64,000 nt of DNA, taken from Tagaea sp. (GTDB taxonomy: Bacteria; Pseudomonadota; Alphaproteobacteria; CACIAM-22H2). Each line of letters begins with the position of its first letter. Position 1 is the first letter of the stretch. The position numbers were made by a program, and so were the translations under genes. The notes beneath the pieces were generated by a model, which worked only from the letters and a program-made list of their open reading frames with translations, was not told the origin of the DNA and made no database searches. This document shows, piece by piece, positions 21,759-31,693 of this stretch. The stretch is from the NCBI GenBank assembly GCA_965279525.1, contig CBDIIB010000005.1, positions 544,001 through 608,000 on the forward strand, read 5' to 3'.

Positions 21759-22130
21759 CTAGCGCGGCTCGACCGTGCCGGTCCGCCGGCCGGACAGATC
21801 CCGGACGACATACCGGCCATCCAGTCCGGGCGCGGCCGTGCCCGTCTGCCAGCCTGTCGTGTCGCGCAGCACCTTCGTGCCGCTGAGCCGCGTTTCGACC
21901 GTCCCGGTCCGACGGCCCGACGCATCGCGCAGCACGAGTTTGCCCCCGAAGCCCGGCTCGACAGTCCCGGTCCGCCGGCCGGCGACGTCGCGCAAGATCT
22001 TCTTTTCGCCGAAACCCTGCTCGACGGAACCCGTCCGCCGACCGGATGCATCGCGCAGCACGTAGTCCTGGGCGACGGCCGGGGCCGCCGGCAGGGCGAG
22101 CAGGAGCAGTATCGGTATGACGTCGCGCAA
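21759..22130 (-). CDS. Secreted protein of five tandem 21-aa repeats ([18 protein letters not shown])
   Basis: TTG start with GGAGG 5 nt upstream, signal peptide ending AVA-Q, then 5 repeats. Confidence 0.8.
   Translation of the reverse strand: MRDVIPILLLLALPAAPAVAQDYVLRDASGRRTGSVEQGFGEKKILRDVAGRRTGTVEPGFGGKLVLRDASGRRTGTVETRLSGTKVLRDTTGWQTGTAAPGLDGRYVVRDLSGRRTGTVEPR
21762..22070 (-). repeat. Five ~63-bp coding tandem repeats
   Basis: Recurring motifs such as CTGCGCGAT/CTGCGCGAC...GGCCGGCGGACCGG on the coding strand at 63-nt spacing. Confidence 0.85.
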
Positions 22131-22208
22131 CGTTGCCTCCGGCCTCTGGTCTCTTGGCAACGTGCCAGAGCTGTCGGATCATCCCGGCCGCATCAAAGGA
22201 ATCCGTCG

Positions 22209-22415
22209 ATGAAGGTCTACCGCTATCTCACCGGCAAAGACGACAGCGCCTTCTGCCACCGCGTCACGGCTGCCCTGAACAAGGGCTGGGCGCTCTACGA
22301 AGCTCCCACCCTGACGTTCGATGCGGCGCGCGGCATCGTCGTGTGCGGGCAGGCGATCGTGAAGGACGTGCCGGGGCGCGACTACACGCCGGACGTCGAT
22401 TTCTCGACGCTCTAG
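22209..22415 (+). CDS. DUF1737 family protein
   Basis: [30 protein letters not shown]...CGQAIVK. Confidence 0.88.
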   Translation: MKVYRYLTGKDDSAFCHRVTAALNKGWALYEAPTLTFDAARGIVVCGQAIVKDVPGRDYTPDVDFSTL

Positions 22416-23479
22416 CTCTCGCGCGGCCGCAGGTGCTCGGCGAACTGGCGGGCACATTCGGCCCACGAATAGCGCATGGCGTGTGCCCGGGCGCGCTCGC
22501 GCGGGATCTCCAGGGCCCGCAGGCACGCCGCGCGCAAGTCTTCGTCCATCGCCCCGCCGGACTGTGCCGGGGGCACGTCGCCCAGCACGTCGAGCGGGCC
22601 GGTCACCGGGAAGGCCGCGACCGGCGTGCCGCAGGCCATCGCCTCGAGCAGCACCAGGCCGAACGTGTCGGTCTTCGACGGAAACACGAAGACGTCGGCG
22701 GCCGAATAGACTTGGGCCAGCTCCTTCTGCTGGAGCACGCCCAGATAGCTTGCTTCCGGATAGCGCGCCTTCAGCGTCGCCATCGCCGGCCCCTCGCCCA
22801 CCACCCATTTCGAGCCGGGCAGGTCGAGCGACAGGAACGCCTCGACGTTCTTCTCCACCGCCACGCGCCCGACATAGACGAAGATCGGCGGCTTGGTCGC
22901 AAGCCGGTCGCGCGGCCCCGGCTTGAACAGCTCCAGATCCACGCCGCGCGTCCACAGCACGACGTTCCGGAAGCCCCAGGTCTCGAGGTCCGCCTTCACC
23001 GTCGGCGTGGGCACCATCACGCGGCTGGCGGCCGAATGGAACCGGCGCAGCACCGAATAGCTCCACGACAGCGGGGCGCCGATGCGCGCCTGCACGTATT
23101 CCGGAAAGCGCGTGTGGTAGGCGGTCGTGAACGGAAGCTTGCGCGCCAGGCACGCCGCGCGCGCTGCCCAGCCAAGCGGCCCTTCGGTGGCGATATGGAC
23201 GGCGTCGGGCGCGAAGCCGTCGATCAGGCGGCCCACGCTTTTGGCCCCGGCCAGCGACAGGCGGATCTCCGGATAGGTGGGGCACGGGAAGGTCGTGAAG
23301 CGCTCGGGCGCAATCATCTCGACAATGTGGCCGGCCGCCTCGAGCTGGCGCTTCGTCTCGGTCAGCGTGCGCACCACGCCGTTGACCTGCGGGCGCCACG
23401 CATCGGTCACGATCGCGATGCGCAGGGCGCGCTGCCGGTCGGCAGCGAGGGGGAGTTCGAGGGCACGCAGTGCGGTCAT
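22412..23479 (-). CDS. GT4 glycosyltransferase (Agt-like glycolipid synthase)
   Basis: IVTDAWRPQVNGVVRTL, HIATEGPLG, YHTRFPEY and DTFGLVLLEAMACGTP motifs; ATGA-coupled to a plcP-like gene. Confidence 0.88.
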   Translation of the reverse strand: MTALRALELPLAADRQRALRIAIVTDAWRPQVNGVVRTLTETKRQLEAAGHIVEMIAPERFTTFPCPTYPEIRLSLAGAKSVGRLIDGFAPDAVHIATEGPLGWAARAACLARKLPFTTAYHTRFPEYVQARIGAPLSWSYSVLRRFHSAASRVMVPTPTVKADLETWGFRNVVLWTRGVDLELFKPGPRDRLATKPPIFVYVGRVAVEKNVEAFLSLDLPGSKWVVGEGPAMATLKARYPEASYLGVLQQKELAQVYSAADVFVFPSKTDTFGLVLLEAMACGTPVAAFPVTGPLDVLGDVPPAQSGGAMDEDLRAACLRALEIPRERARAHAMRYSWAECARQFAEHLRPRES

Positions 23480-24300
23480 CGGGCGGTCTCCAGCATGTCG
23501 AACGAACGCACATCGGCCCAATGCACGATGCGCAAGGAACCGTCGAAATCCTCGACGAGGGCCGTGCAGCTTTCCACCCAGTCGCCGTCGTTGAGATAGG
23601 CGATGCCGTCGATGTCGCGGATCTCGGCCTTGTGGATGTGGCCGCACACGACGCCGTCGAGCCCGCGCCGGCGTGCCTCGTTCGCCAGCGCCACCTCGAA
23701 ATCGTCGATGTATTTGACCGCGTTCTTGACCTTGTGCTTGAGCCAGGCCGACAGCGACCAGTAGGGCAGCCCGAACGCGCGGCGCGCGCGGTTGAACCAG
23801 CCGTTGATCCAGAGTGCCAGGCTGTAGGCGTGGTCACCCAGGAACGCGAGCCAGCGCGCGTAGCGCACGATGCCGTCGAACGCGTCGCCGTGGATGACGA
23901 GCAGGTTGCGCCCGTCGGCGGTCGTGTGCACCGCATCCTCGACGACATGGACGCCGCCGAAATGCATGTCGAGATAGTCGCGCAGCATCTCGTCGTGGTT
24001 GCCCGGCACGTAGACCACGCGGGTCCCCTTGCGCGCCTTGCGCAGCAGCTTCTGCACCACGTCGTTGTGCGATTGGTTCCAGTACCAGCTGCGCTTCAGC
24101 CGCCAGCCGTCGACGATGTCGCCGACCAGATAGAGCGTGTCGGATTCGTTGTGGCGCAGGAAATCGAGCAGGAACTCCGCCTTGCAGCCCGGCGTGCCGA
24201 GATGGATGTCGGAGAGCCAGATCGTGCGCCAGTGGTGCGCGTCGCCGGAGTCGGACGCGCCGCGGTCGAGTCCGTCCGGTGCCGAGACATCGCGCCGCAT
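23476..24300 (-). CDS. plcP: LpxH-like metallophosphoesterase, PlcP-type phospholipase C
   Basis: SDIHLG, GDIVDGW, GNHDE, HGDAFD, CGHIH and NDGDWVES motifs; adjacent to an Agt-like GT4. Confidence 0.8.
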   Translation of the reverse strand: MRRDVSAPDGLDRGASDSGDAHHWRTIWLSDIHLGTPGCKAEFLLDFLRHNESDTLYLVGDIVDGWRLKRSWYWNQSHNDVVQKLLRKARKGTRVVYVPGNHDEMLRDYLDMHFGGVHVVEDAVHTTADGRNLLVIHGDAFDGIVRYARWLAFLGDHAYSLALWINGWFNRARRAFGLPYWSLSAWLKHKVKNAVKYIDDFEVALANEARRRGLDGVVCGHIHKAEIRDIDGIAYLNDGDWVESCTALVEDFDGSLRIVHWADVRSFDMLETAR

Positions 24301-24436
24301 GAAGATTTTCTGACTGTCCACAGGCGATGCTCCAGATGTGGAAGCGGCGAAGTTCCTGTGCCCTGTATATTGTTTTTATGGTATTCGGATGAAGTGAAAC
24401 TTAGGTTGCAAAAAATTTCTCCGAAACATCCTGGAA

Positions 24437-24454
24437 CCGTCACCGGAATGTCAT
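24437..24454 (+). promoter_or_regulatory. Pho-box-like site overlapping the DAG-kinase start codon
   Basis: CCGTCAC-CGGA-ATGTCAT versus consensus CTGTCAT-N4-CTGTCAT. Confidence 0.5.
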
Positions 24455-25332
24455 CGAACGCCCTGCCGCGCCTGCTCGTGATCTACAACCCGATCGCCGG
24501 ACGGCGGCGCCAGCGATTCCTGTCGCGCGTGATCGAGGCGATGGAGCGCCGGGGTGCCTCGATCCGGCTCGAACCGACGAACGCGCGCGGGCATGCCGAG
24601 GCGATGGCGCGGGCGGCCGCCACCGACGGCCGGACGGACCGGCTCGTCGTCGCGGGCGGCGACGGCACGATCAACGAGGCGCTGAACGGTCTCGCCGGTT
24701 CGGCCCTGCCGCTTGCCATCGTGCCGTTGGGCACGGCCAACGTTCTCGCGCACGAACTGGGTCTCGGCAGTTCGGCGCGTGCGGTCGCGGATGCCGCGCT
24801 CGACGGCTGGCCGCGGGCGGTGTCGCTTGGCACGGTCAACGGCCGGCGCTTCTCGATGATGGCGGGCGTGGGCTTCGACGCGCATGTCGTGCGCGACGTC
24901 TCCACGCGCCTGAAACGCGCGATCGGCAAGGGTGCCTATGCGCTGGAGACGTTCCGGCAGCTTTTCGCGTTCGGCTCGGCGACCTACGAGGCCGTCATCG
25001 ACGGCGTGCCGTATCGTGCCGCCTCGGTGCTGATGTGCAACGGGCACTATTACGGCGGAAAGTTCGTCGCGGCCCCCGACGCGCGGCTCGACCGGCCGGG
25101 CTTCCAGGTCGTGCTGTTCCTCGATCCGGGGCCGCGCGCCACGCTTGGCTACATGGCGGCCCTTGCCGCCGGCTCGCTGCACCGCCATCCGCGCGTGCGG
25201 ATCGTTGCGGCAAGCCGCGTCGAGATCGCGGGGCCGGCGGGCGAACCCGTGCAGGGCGACGGCGACGTCATCGCGCACCTGCCGGCGGTTTTCGAATCGC
25301 TGCCCGATGCCGCGCGGCTGATCGGGCCCTAA
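24448..25332 (+). CDS. Soluble diacylglycerol/lipid kinase family (YegS/DgkB-like)
   Basis: NPIAG, GGDGTINE, PLGTANVLA and QGDGD motifs. Confidence 0.88.
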   Translation: MSSNALPRLLVIYNPIAGRRRQRFLSRVIEAMERRGASIRLEPTNARGHAEAMARAAATDGRTDRLVVAGGDGTINEALNGLAGSALPLAIVPLGTANVLAHELGLGSSARAVADAALDGWPRAVSLGTVNGRRFSMMAGVGFDAHVVRDVSTRLKRAIGKGAYALETFRQLFAFGSATYEAVIDGVPYRAASVLMCNGHYYGGKFVAAPDARLDRPGFQVVLFLDPGPRATLGYMAALAAGSLHRHPRVRIVAASRVEIAGPAGEPVQGDGDVIAHLPAVFESLPDAARLIGP

Positions 25333-26672
25333 ATCCCGGCGATCGTTAAGCCGTCGATGCGCAGCGTCGGCGCGTCGGTGCCGTAGCGGAACACGAGATC
25401 GTCGGCGGGCGTCACGTTCGCAAACATGTCGACGAGATTGCCCGCGACCGTCACTTCGCTGACCGGATAGGTAAGCTCGCCGTTCTCGATCATGTAGCCG
25501 GCGGCCCCGCGGCTGTAGTCGCCGGTCACACCGTTGATGCCCATGCCGATGAACTCGGTGATGTAGAGGCCGCGCGCGATGCCCTTGATCATCGCGTCGC
25601 GCGTCACGGTCCCGGCTTCCATGTAGAGATTCGTCGTCGACGGACTCGGCGGCGACGTGGTGCCGCGCGCGGCGTGGCCGGTCGACTTCAGCTTGAGCTG
25701 GCGGGCCGAGCGCAGGTCGAGGATCCAGGTCGTCAGCCGGCCCTTGTCGATGAGGGCTCGGCGCATCGGTGCGATCCCTTCGCCGTCGACGGGCTTGGAG
25801 GAAAGCCCGCGCTTGCGGAACGGGTCGTCGACGATGGTGATGCCGGGACCGAACACCATCTGGTCCATCTTGGACTTGAGGAAGCTCGTCCCGCGCGCCA
25901 CCGACGTGCCGTTGATGGCGCCGGCGAGGTGGCGCACGATGCCGCCCGACACGCGCGGATCGAGCACGATCGGCAGCTTGCAGGTCTCGATCTTGCGTGG
26001 GTTGAGGCGCCGGATGGCGCGCTCGGCGGCACTGCGGCCGATCTTCGCGGGATCGTCGAGATCGGCGGCGTGGATCGCCGACGACCAGTCGTAGTCGCGC
26101 TCCATGCCCGTCCCCTCGCCCGCGATGACCGCGACCGAGAAGGAATGCGACGAGCGCGCGTATTCGGCGGCAAAACCGTTCGAGGCGACGAGGGCCACGC
26201 GGCTCGATCCCCAGCCGGCTTCCGCACCTTCGGAATTGGTGATGCCCTTGACCGCCATCGCCACTTCTTCGACGGCGCGCGCGCGTTCCATCAGCAGTTC
26301 GGCCGGCGGCTCGACCGGATCGACGAGATCGAGATCGGGAAAGCTGCGCGCGATGTCCGCCGGATCGGCAAGGCCGCAGAACGGGTCTTCGGGGGCGGCC
26401 TTGGCCATCGCGACCGCGCGCGCCACCAGCGCTTCGAGCGCCTTGGCCGACCGGTCGTTCGACGACACGATCGCCTGGCGCTGGCCGACGAACACGCGCA
26501 GGCCCATGTCGTGGCCTTCGGCGCGCTCGAGCTTCTCGAGCTTGCCCAGCCGGCGCGCATGGCTGACCGACACGCCCTCGACGAACACCGCGTCGGCGGC
26601 GGTGGCGCCCGCCCGTTTGGCGCGCGCGATCAGGTCGCCGAGCAGGTCGAGGGTCGAGGTCGTCGAGGTCAT
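25329..26672 (-). CDS. pmbA: Metalloprotease PmbA/TldE
   Basis: MERDYDW, DGEG and GINGVTGDYSRGAAG motifs. Confidence 0.92.
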   Translation of the reverse strand: MTSTTSTLDLLGDLIARAKRAGATAADAVFVEGVSVSHARRLGKLEKLERAEGHDMGLRVFVGQRQAIVSSNDRSAKALEALVARAVAMAKAAPEDPFCGLADPADIARSFPDLDLVDPVEPPAELLMERARAVEEVAMAVKGITNSEGAEAGWGSSRVALVASNGFAAEYARSSHSFSVAVIAGEGTGMERDYDWSSAIHAADLDDPAKIGRSAAERAIRRLNPRKIETCKLPIVLDPRVSGGIVRHLAGAINGTSVARGTSFLKSKMDQMVFGPGITIVDDPFRKRGLSSKPVDGEGIAPMRRALIDKGRLTTWILDLRSARQLKLKSTGHAARGTTSPPSPSTTNLYMEAGTVTRDAMIKGIARGLYITEFIGMGINGVTGDYSRGAAGYMIENGELTYPVSEVTVAGNLVDMFANVTPADDLVFRYGTDAPTLRIDGLTIAGI

Positions 26673-26686
26673 GAAGGGGGTGCTTT

Positions 26687-27652
26687 CTATCGCAGACGGC
26701 GGTGGATCTCGAGTGCGAGCGCACCCAGACCGAACACGAAGGCGGCCCACAGCAGCGGCCCGCCCACCGCAGGGATATGGCGCAGCCCCGCCAGCGCCAC
26801 AAGCCCGAAAAGGACCGCCGCGATGCGCCAGCCCATGCCCGGCGTCGCGGCGCGGCCGACGACCCGCAAGGCGAGCAGGCCAAGGAACCCGGCCGACACG
26901 ATGTAGCCCATGGCAAGTGCGAGCGCGAAGAACAGCAGCAGCGTGCCCGCGAACGGGATGCCGACCAGCGTGATCGCGGCGAACAGGGCCGCCACCGGCA
27001 CGCCGGCCGCAAGCCCGATCCCCCACGCGAATGACGCGACCGGCCGCGTGCCGATCTGGGCGGCACTGCCCGACAGGAAGCGCCACTCGAATGCGGCGAA
27101 CGACACCGCCACGACGACCATCGCCACGTTGTAGATCCAGCGGATGATCATGCCGGCATAGCCCATCAGCGCCTCGATGGCGTTGCCGGCACCACCGAAA
27201 TTCTGCTCGATGCCGCCAGTGATGACGGCGCTGGGATGGATATCGGCCGCGTCCGCCGACCAGACCCTCAGCTTGCCGCCGATGCGCGCGTTGGGCCCGA
27301 TGACGACGCGCGCCGCCGCGACCGACACGTCGCCGGTACTGCGCAGATCAAGCACGACCTCGTTGCCGACGACCCAGACGCGCTGGGCATATTGCCCGCC
27401 CATCGCGACGGCATCGCCGAACACGAACGCGTTGCGCGCCACCGTCGTTGCCGCCCCCACGCCAATCGTGGCGCCGGCGAGCACCAGATCGCCCGCGATC
27501 TCAGCCTCCACGCCGATGCGCCCGCCCGCCAGCATCACGTCGCCCTCGACGATCCCCTGCACGTCGAGCACCGGCCCCATGCGCGAGATGTCGGCGGCGG
27601 ATGCGGATGCCGTCAGCAGGAAGAACGCGACGGCGGCGCGCACCAAGGTCAC
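26687..27652 (-). CDS. Exported bactofilin-like beta-helix repeat domain plus C-terminal multi-TM domain
   Basis: GTG start overlapping the ubiD stop; signal peptide; [25 protein letters not shown] repeats; hydrophobic C-terminal half (ITLVGIP...GLGAL). Confidence 0.7.
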   Translation of the reverse strand: MTLVRAAVAFFLLTASASAADISRMGPVLDVQGIVEGDVMLAGGRIGVEAEIAGDLVLAGATIGVGAATTVARNAFVFGDAVAMGGQYAQRVWVVGNEVVLDLRSTGDVSVAAARVVIGPNARIGGKLRVWSADAADIHPSAVITGGIEQNFGGAGNAIEALMGYAGMIIRWIYNVAMVVVAVSFAAFEWRFLSGSAAQIGTRPVASFAWGIGLAAGVPVAALFAAITLVGIPFAGTLLLFFALALAMGYIVSAGFLGLLALRVVGRAATPGMGWRIAAVLFGLVALAGLRHIPAVGGPLLWAAFVFGLGALALEIHRRLR

Positions 27653-29166
27653 TTCCAGATCGCCTTGCCGGACCCCGGCAGGCCGAGCTTCGACCATTTC
27701 TCGGTGACGGTGCGCACGACCTCGTCGTCCATGCGGATCTTCTCGCCCCATTCGCGATGCGTCTCGGGCGGCCATTTGTTGGTGGCGTCGAGCCCGATCT
27801 TGGAGCCGAGACCGCTTTCGGGGCTGGCGAAATCCAGATAATCGATGGGCGTGCCTTCGACGAGCGTGATGTCGCGCGCCGGGTCCATGCGCGTGGACAT
27901 CGCCCACATCACGTCCTTCCAGTCGCGCGCGTTAATGTCGTCGTCCACGACGATGACCCACTTCGTGTACATGAACTGGCGCAGATAGCTCCACACGCCC
28001 ATCATCACGCGCTTGGCGTGGCCCGGATACGCCTTCTTCATCGACACGACCGCGATGCGATAGGAGCACCCCTCCGGCGGCAGCCAGAAATCGACGATCT
28101 CGGGGAATTGCTGGCGCAGCAGCGGCACGAACACGTCGTTGAGCGCTTCGCCCAGCACCGAGGGTTCGTCCGGCGGCCGGCCGGTGAAGGTCGACAGATA
28201 GATCGGATCGCGGCGCATCGTGATCGCGCTGATCGTGAAGACCGGGAATTTCTCGACCGAATTGTAATAGCCGGTGTGGTCGCCGTAGGGGCCTTCGTCG
28301 CCATAGTCGTCGAGGCTGACATGGCCTTCGAGCACGATCTCGGCCTCCGCCGGCACCTTCAGCGGCACGGTCTTGCAGTCGACGAGATCCACGCGCTTGC
28401 CGCGCAGCAATCCGGCGAACTGGTATTCCGAAAGCGTTTCGGGCACCGGCGTGACGGCCGCGAGGATCGTGCCGGGATCGGCCCCCAGCACGACGGCGGC
28501 GGGGAACGGCTCGCGCCTGCCCGCCTTCTTCCAGCGCTGGTGCTGCTGGGCGCCGCCGCGATGCTTGAGCCAGCGCATCAGCGTCGTGTTCTTCCCCGTC
28601 ACCTGCATGCGGTAGATGCCGAGATTGAAGCCGTCCTCGCGCGCGGCCCCCGGCCCCTTGGTCACGACCAGCGGCCAGGTGATCAGCGGAGCCGGTTCGC
28701 CCGGCCAGCAGGTCTGGATCGGCAGACGGGCAAGGTCGATGTCGTCGCCGGTCAGCACGGTCTCGTGGCATGGGGCCGTGCCCAGCATGCGCGTGGACGG
28801 CTTCATCGACATTACGGTCTTGGCGAGCGGGACTAGGTCGAGCGCCTCGCGCCAGCCTTCCGGCGGCTGCGGCTGGCGCAGGAAGGCGAGCGTCTCGCCG
28901 ACCTCCTTCAACTGGTGCGGCTCGCGGTCCATGCCCCAGGCGACTCGCTCGACCGTGCCGAACAGGTTGACGAGCACGGGGATCGGCGAGAGCGAACCGT
29001 CGGCCTTCACCGGCTTCTCGAACAGCACCGCGGGCCCGCCCTCGGCGAGCAGGCGGGTCTGGATCTCGGTCATCTCCAGCACGGTCGAGACGGGTTCGGA
29101 AACCCGCACGAGGCGGCCGGCCTTTTCGAGGCGTTCGATGAAGTCGCGCAGCGAGGCGTAGGGCAT
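27649..29166 (-). CDS. ubiD: UbiD 4-hydroxy-3-polyprenylbenzoate decarboxylase
   Basis: [26 protein letters not shown] and IDYLDFASP motifs. Confidence 0.95.
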   Translation of the reverse strand: MPYASLRDFIERLEKAGRLVRVSEPVSTVLEMTEIQTRLLAEGGPAVLFEKPVKADGSLSPIPVLVNLFGTVERVAWGMDREPHQLKEVGETLAFLRQPQPPEGWREALDLVPLAKTVMSMKPSTRMLGTAPCHETVLTGDDIDLARLPIQTCWPGEPAPLITWPLVVTKGPGAAREDGFNLGIYRMQVTGKNTTLMRWLKHRGGAQQHQRWKKAGRREPFPAAVVLGADPGTILAAVTPVPETLSEYQFAGLLRGKRVDLVDCKTVPLKVPAEAEIVLEGHVSLDDYGDEGPYGDHTGYYNSVEKFPVFTISAITMRRDPIYLSTFTGRPPDEPSVLGEALNDVFVPLLRQQFPEIVDFWLPPEGCSYRIAVVSMKKAYPGHAKRVMMGVWSYLRQFMYTKWVIVVDDDINARDWKDVMWAMSTRMDPARDITLVEGTPIDYLDFASPESGLGSKIGLDATNKWPPETHREWGEKIRMDDEVVRTVTEKWSKLGLPGSGKAIWK

Positions 29167-29233
29167 GGGCGGACTATATAGGCCGAGCGGTCGCTTGCAA
29201 GCCGCTGCGGGGCTTGCGACAACCGGCGCGCCC

Positions 29234-29923
29234 ATGCGCCGTTTCCCCGCCGAATTCGCCGATCTGTTGTCCCCGCGCGGCCGCCGCTTTTCCGGCCCGC
29301 CGGCCGATCCGTTCTTCGCCGATCCACACCTGATCGACCCGGCGAAGGCGAAGGCCGCGTTTGCCCTGCTCGAGCGCAGCCTCGGCGCAACCGTCAAGCC
29401 GATGGCACGCGCGATCCCGCCCGAATCGATCACCGGACAGACGCGCAACTACCAGGAGCGGCTGCCCAAGACCGTGCGCGTCTCGGCCGCCGACATCGAC
29501 GCCGCGCGCACGAAGGCGGCCGCCATCGCCGGCGAGATCGGCCTCACCGCCATGCTGCGTTCGCAAAGCTACATCGCGTTCGCCGCGAAGCTCGCGGGCC
29601 GCACGCTCGACCCCGCGTTCGGCCGGCAGGTTCTGCGCTATGGCCCCGGCGACTATGCCGGGCCGCACACCGACCACCATCCCGAGGAGCCGCGCGCGAA
29701 GGCCGGCTATTTCGACCTGCATCTGACATTCGCGGGAGCCGGGGCAGCGCGCCAGCTTCTGGTCTATGCGAAAGACGGTCACCTGACCGAGACGGTCGAC
29801 ATCGCGGTGGCCGGCGGCATCACCGGCTATCGCCTGCCCTTCTGGCACTACACCACGCCGCTCGAAGGCAAGGGGCCAAAGGCCGCGCGCTGGGTCGTGC
29901 TGGGGACGTTTTTGTACGCTTGA
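29234..29923 (+). CDS. Putative 2OG-Fe(II) oxygenase-fold protein
   Basis: [16 protein letters not shown] (HxD), distal WH and a following Arg (ARW). Confidence 0.6.
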   Translation: MRRFPAEFADLLSPRGRRFSGPPADPFFADPHLIDPAKAKAAFALLERSLGATVKPMARAIPPESITGQTRNYQERLPKTVRVSAADIDAARTKAAAIAGEIGLTAMLRSQSYIAFAAKLAGRTLDPAFGRQVLRYGPGDYAGPHTDHHPEEPRAKAGYFDLHLTFAGAGAARQLLVYAKDGHLTETVDIAVAGGITGYRLPFWHYTTPLEGKGPKAARWVVLGTFLYA

Positions 29924-29924
29924 T

Positions 29925-30830
29925 CCATCAGTTTTAGGGATTGCTTTAAAGAAATTTTTCTATTTTAAATAAGCATGATGATGAAACTTCGCAAATCGTT
30001 GCCATCTAGGACAGATCCATGATCACTCTCCTCGAGATTGCCGTATCCCTTGTAGCTGCACTAACGGCAAGCTCTGTAGTTGGGAATCTTAATAAAATCG
30101 CCGAAGCTGTCATTCGGTTATTTGGGGCCGAAACTCGGGAGGTTTCTGAGTCAGGATTAGATAGCTTTGAACTGCGGTTCAGGCGCGCGTTAGTTTCAGC
30201 AATTGCGTCTGGAGAAATTATAGACGCTGAGGGAGTGATTCGGCTTTTTCGCCTTTTGCGGGCGAGACAAGAAATGACTGCTACTGCATGGCGGCGAATT
30301 TCTCGACTACTCAGCGGCATTTATGTTGATGCATTAAATCCAACCGAATTCATTGAGCAAACTATTGAAGATCAGCAGAAATTAGATCTTGCAAAAAAAG
30401 TCCGTGATATTGCTATAGCTACGATCGAGCATGTCGATAAAAACCCGACGTTCTCAAATATACCGCGCGAGTTTCGCTATACAATGGAAGCAATATTAAC
30501 ATCAATTGCAGATCAACCCAACGTCGACCGAGCAATCTCCGAACGCATAAAAACGCGCTTGATAGATCTTTCTAAGCAAATTGAGCAGCAGTCAAATGAA
30601 CTCTCCGAAGCAGCAGAGGAGTTACAAAGCGAACGAGAAAAATCTGAAAAGGAACGGACAAGCAGCCGGCGACTTCAATGGGCCGGGATATTTATAACCT
30701 TCGTGGGCACATTTATTGCCAGCATTCAGCACATTGAGAAGGCGTTTAGCTATATCCAAGGATTGCGCCTGCTCGACAAGCTGCAATGAATAAGTATGGG
30801 GAAATCATTAAGCTGAACAACATCGAAGAA
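29925..30830. other. AT-rich, probably horizontally acquired single-gene islet
   Basis: Abrupt composition shift after the oxygenase stop; no transposase, integrase or convincing target duplication. Confidence 0.75.
30019..30789 (+). CDS. Hypothetical membrane protein (N- and C-terminal hydrophobic segments, coiled coil) on an AT-rich insert
   Basis: 256-aa ORF; sampled lines are 40-48% GC versus 77% in a flanking line. Confidence 0.75.
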   Translation: MITLLEIAVSLVAALTASSVVGNLNKIAEAVIRLFGAETREVSESGLDSFELRFRRALVSAIASGEIIDAEGVIRLFRLLRARQEMTATAWRRISRLLSGIYVDALNPTEFIEQTIEDQQKLDLAKKVRDIAIATIEHVDKNPTFSNIPREFRYTMEAILTSIADQPNVDRAISERIKTRLIDLSKQIEQQSNELSEAAEELQSEREKSEKERTSSRRLQWAGIFITFVGTFIASIQHIEKAFSYIQGLRLLDKLQ

Positions 30831-30838
30831 GACGGCGC

Positions 30839-31594
30839 CTAGTCCGCCGCCTGCGCCTGCACGGGCACGTCGAGCCCGTCGAGCGACTGGGGATCGGTGA
30901 GCGCCCAGTTTGCGGCGGGTGCGACGGCCGCCTCGTCCTTGTAGAAGCCCCAGCGGCCGAATTCCGTGAAGCGCGCGGGCACGATCGCGTGGTCGCGCGG
31001 CGTGACCTTGTAGAGCTTGCCGTCGCGCCCGATCAGCGGGATCGGGCGGTTCCGGCGCGCGAAGACGCGGCGCATGCTGGCCGAATGGTCGCGGTTTGCG
31101 GCGAACTCGTCCTTGTCGACCGCGAACAGCATCTCGTAGGCGGCCACGAACTCGTCGAGGAAGCGCTGGTTGACGATCTGGAGCTGCGACTGCACCCAGC
31201 AGCGGTCCTCGAACGTCCAGAACACCGACATGCCCACGAGGTCGCCCTCGCGCGTGATGTAGGGGAAGAACGGGAAGGTGCGGCACGACATCGAGCGGTT
31301 GTCGCGCTCGCAGAACGCCGCCCCCTTGCACTCGATCGCCGTGCAGTCGTGATGCAGGTCGGAGAGTTCCTTCTCCGTCGCCTTGTCGGGGGCGACGAAC
31401 TCGCGCCACAGGTCGCTGCGCGATTTCAGCAGCGCCCATTCGTGGTTGTCGACGATGGGGATCGCGTCGTCGGTCGAGCAGCAGACCGGCGTGCCGTTGT
31501 TGTGCGCGGCACAGCGCGCCCCGCAGTCGAACGCCGACACGGGTGCGGTGAAGAGCTTGTAGATGCGTTCGTAGATTTCAGGGGAAGCGGACAT
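30839..31594 (-). CDS. Cys-rich putative Fe-S/Zn-binding protein (YkgJ-like)
   Basis: CGARC...CC, CKGAAFCERDNRSMSCRTFP and a later RCW. Confidence 0.65.
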   Translation of the reverse strand: MSASPEIYERIYKLFTAPVSAFDCGARCAAHNNGTPVCCSTDDAIPIVDNHEWALLKSRSDLWREFVAPDKATEKELSDLHHDCTAIECKGAAFCERDNRSMSCRTFPFFPYITREGDLVGMSVFWTFEDRCWVQSQLQIVNQRFLDEFVAAYEMLFAVDKDEFAANRDHSASMRRVFARRNRPIPLIGRDGKLYKVTPRDHAIVPARFTEFGRWGFYKDEAAVAPAANWALTDPQSLDGLDVPVQAQAAD

Positions 31595-31693
31595 TCGGAT
31601 GACTATAGAGGTGGGCTCGCCCGAGTCGCCAGAGCGCATCGGCGTACCTTGCGATTCTTTCGTCGCACCTGTGGCGCTTGCGCCACGCGCCCG

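Noticed and set aside
21762-22070. Repeat array considered as CRISPR
   Set aside because: Units are degenerate at synonymous positions, keep the frame and have no unique spacers or cas genes. It is a protein repeat.
29922-30020. GATCCAT direct repeat near the AT-rich islet as a target-site duplication
   Set aside because: Both copies are on the left of the ORF and do not flank the islet; 7 bp can occur by chance.
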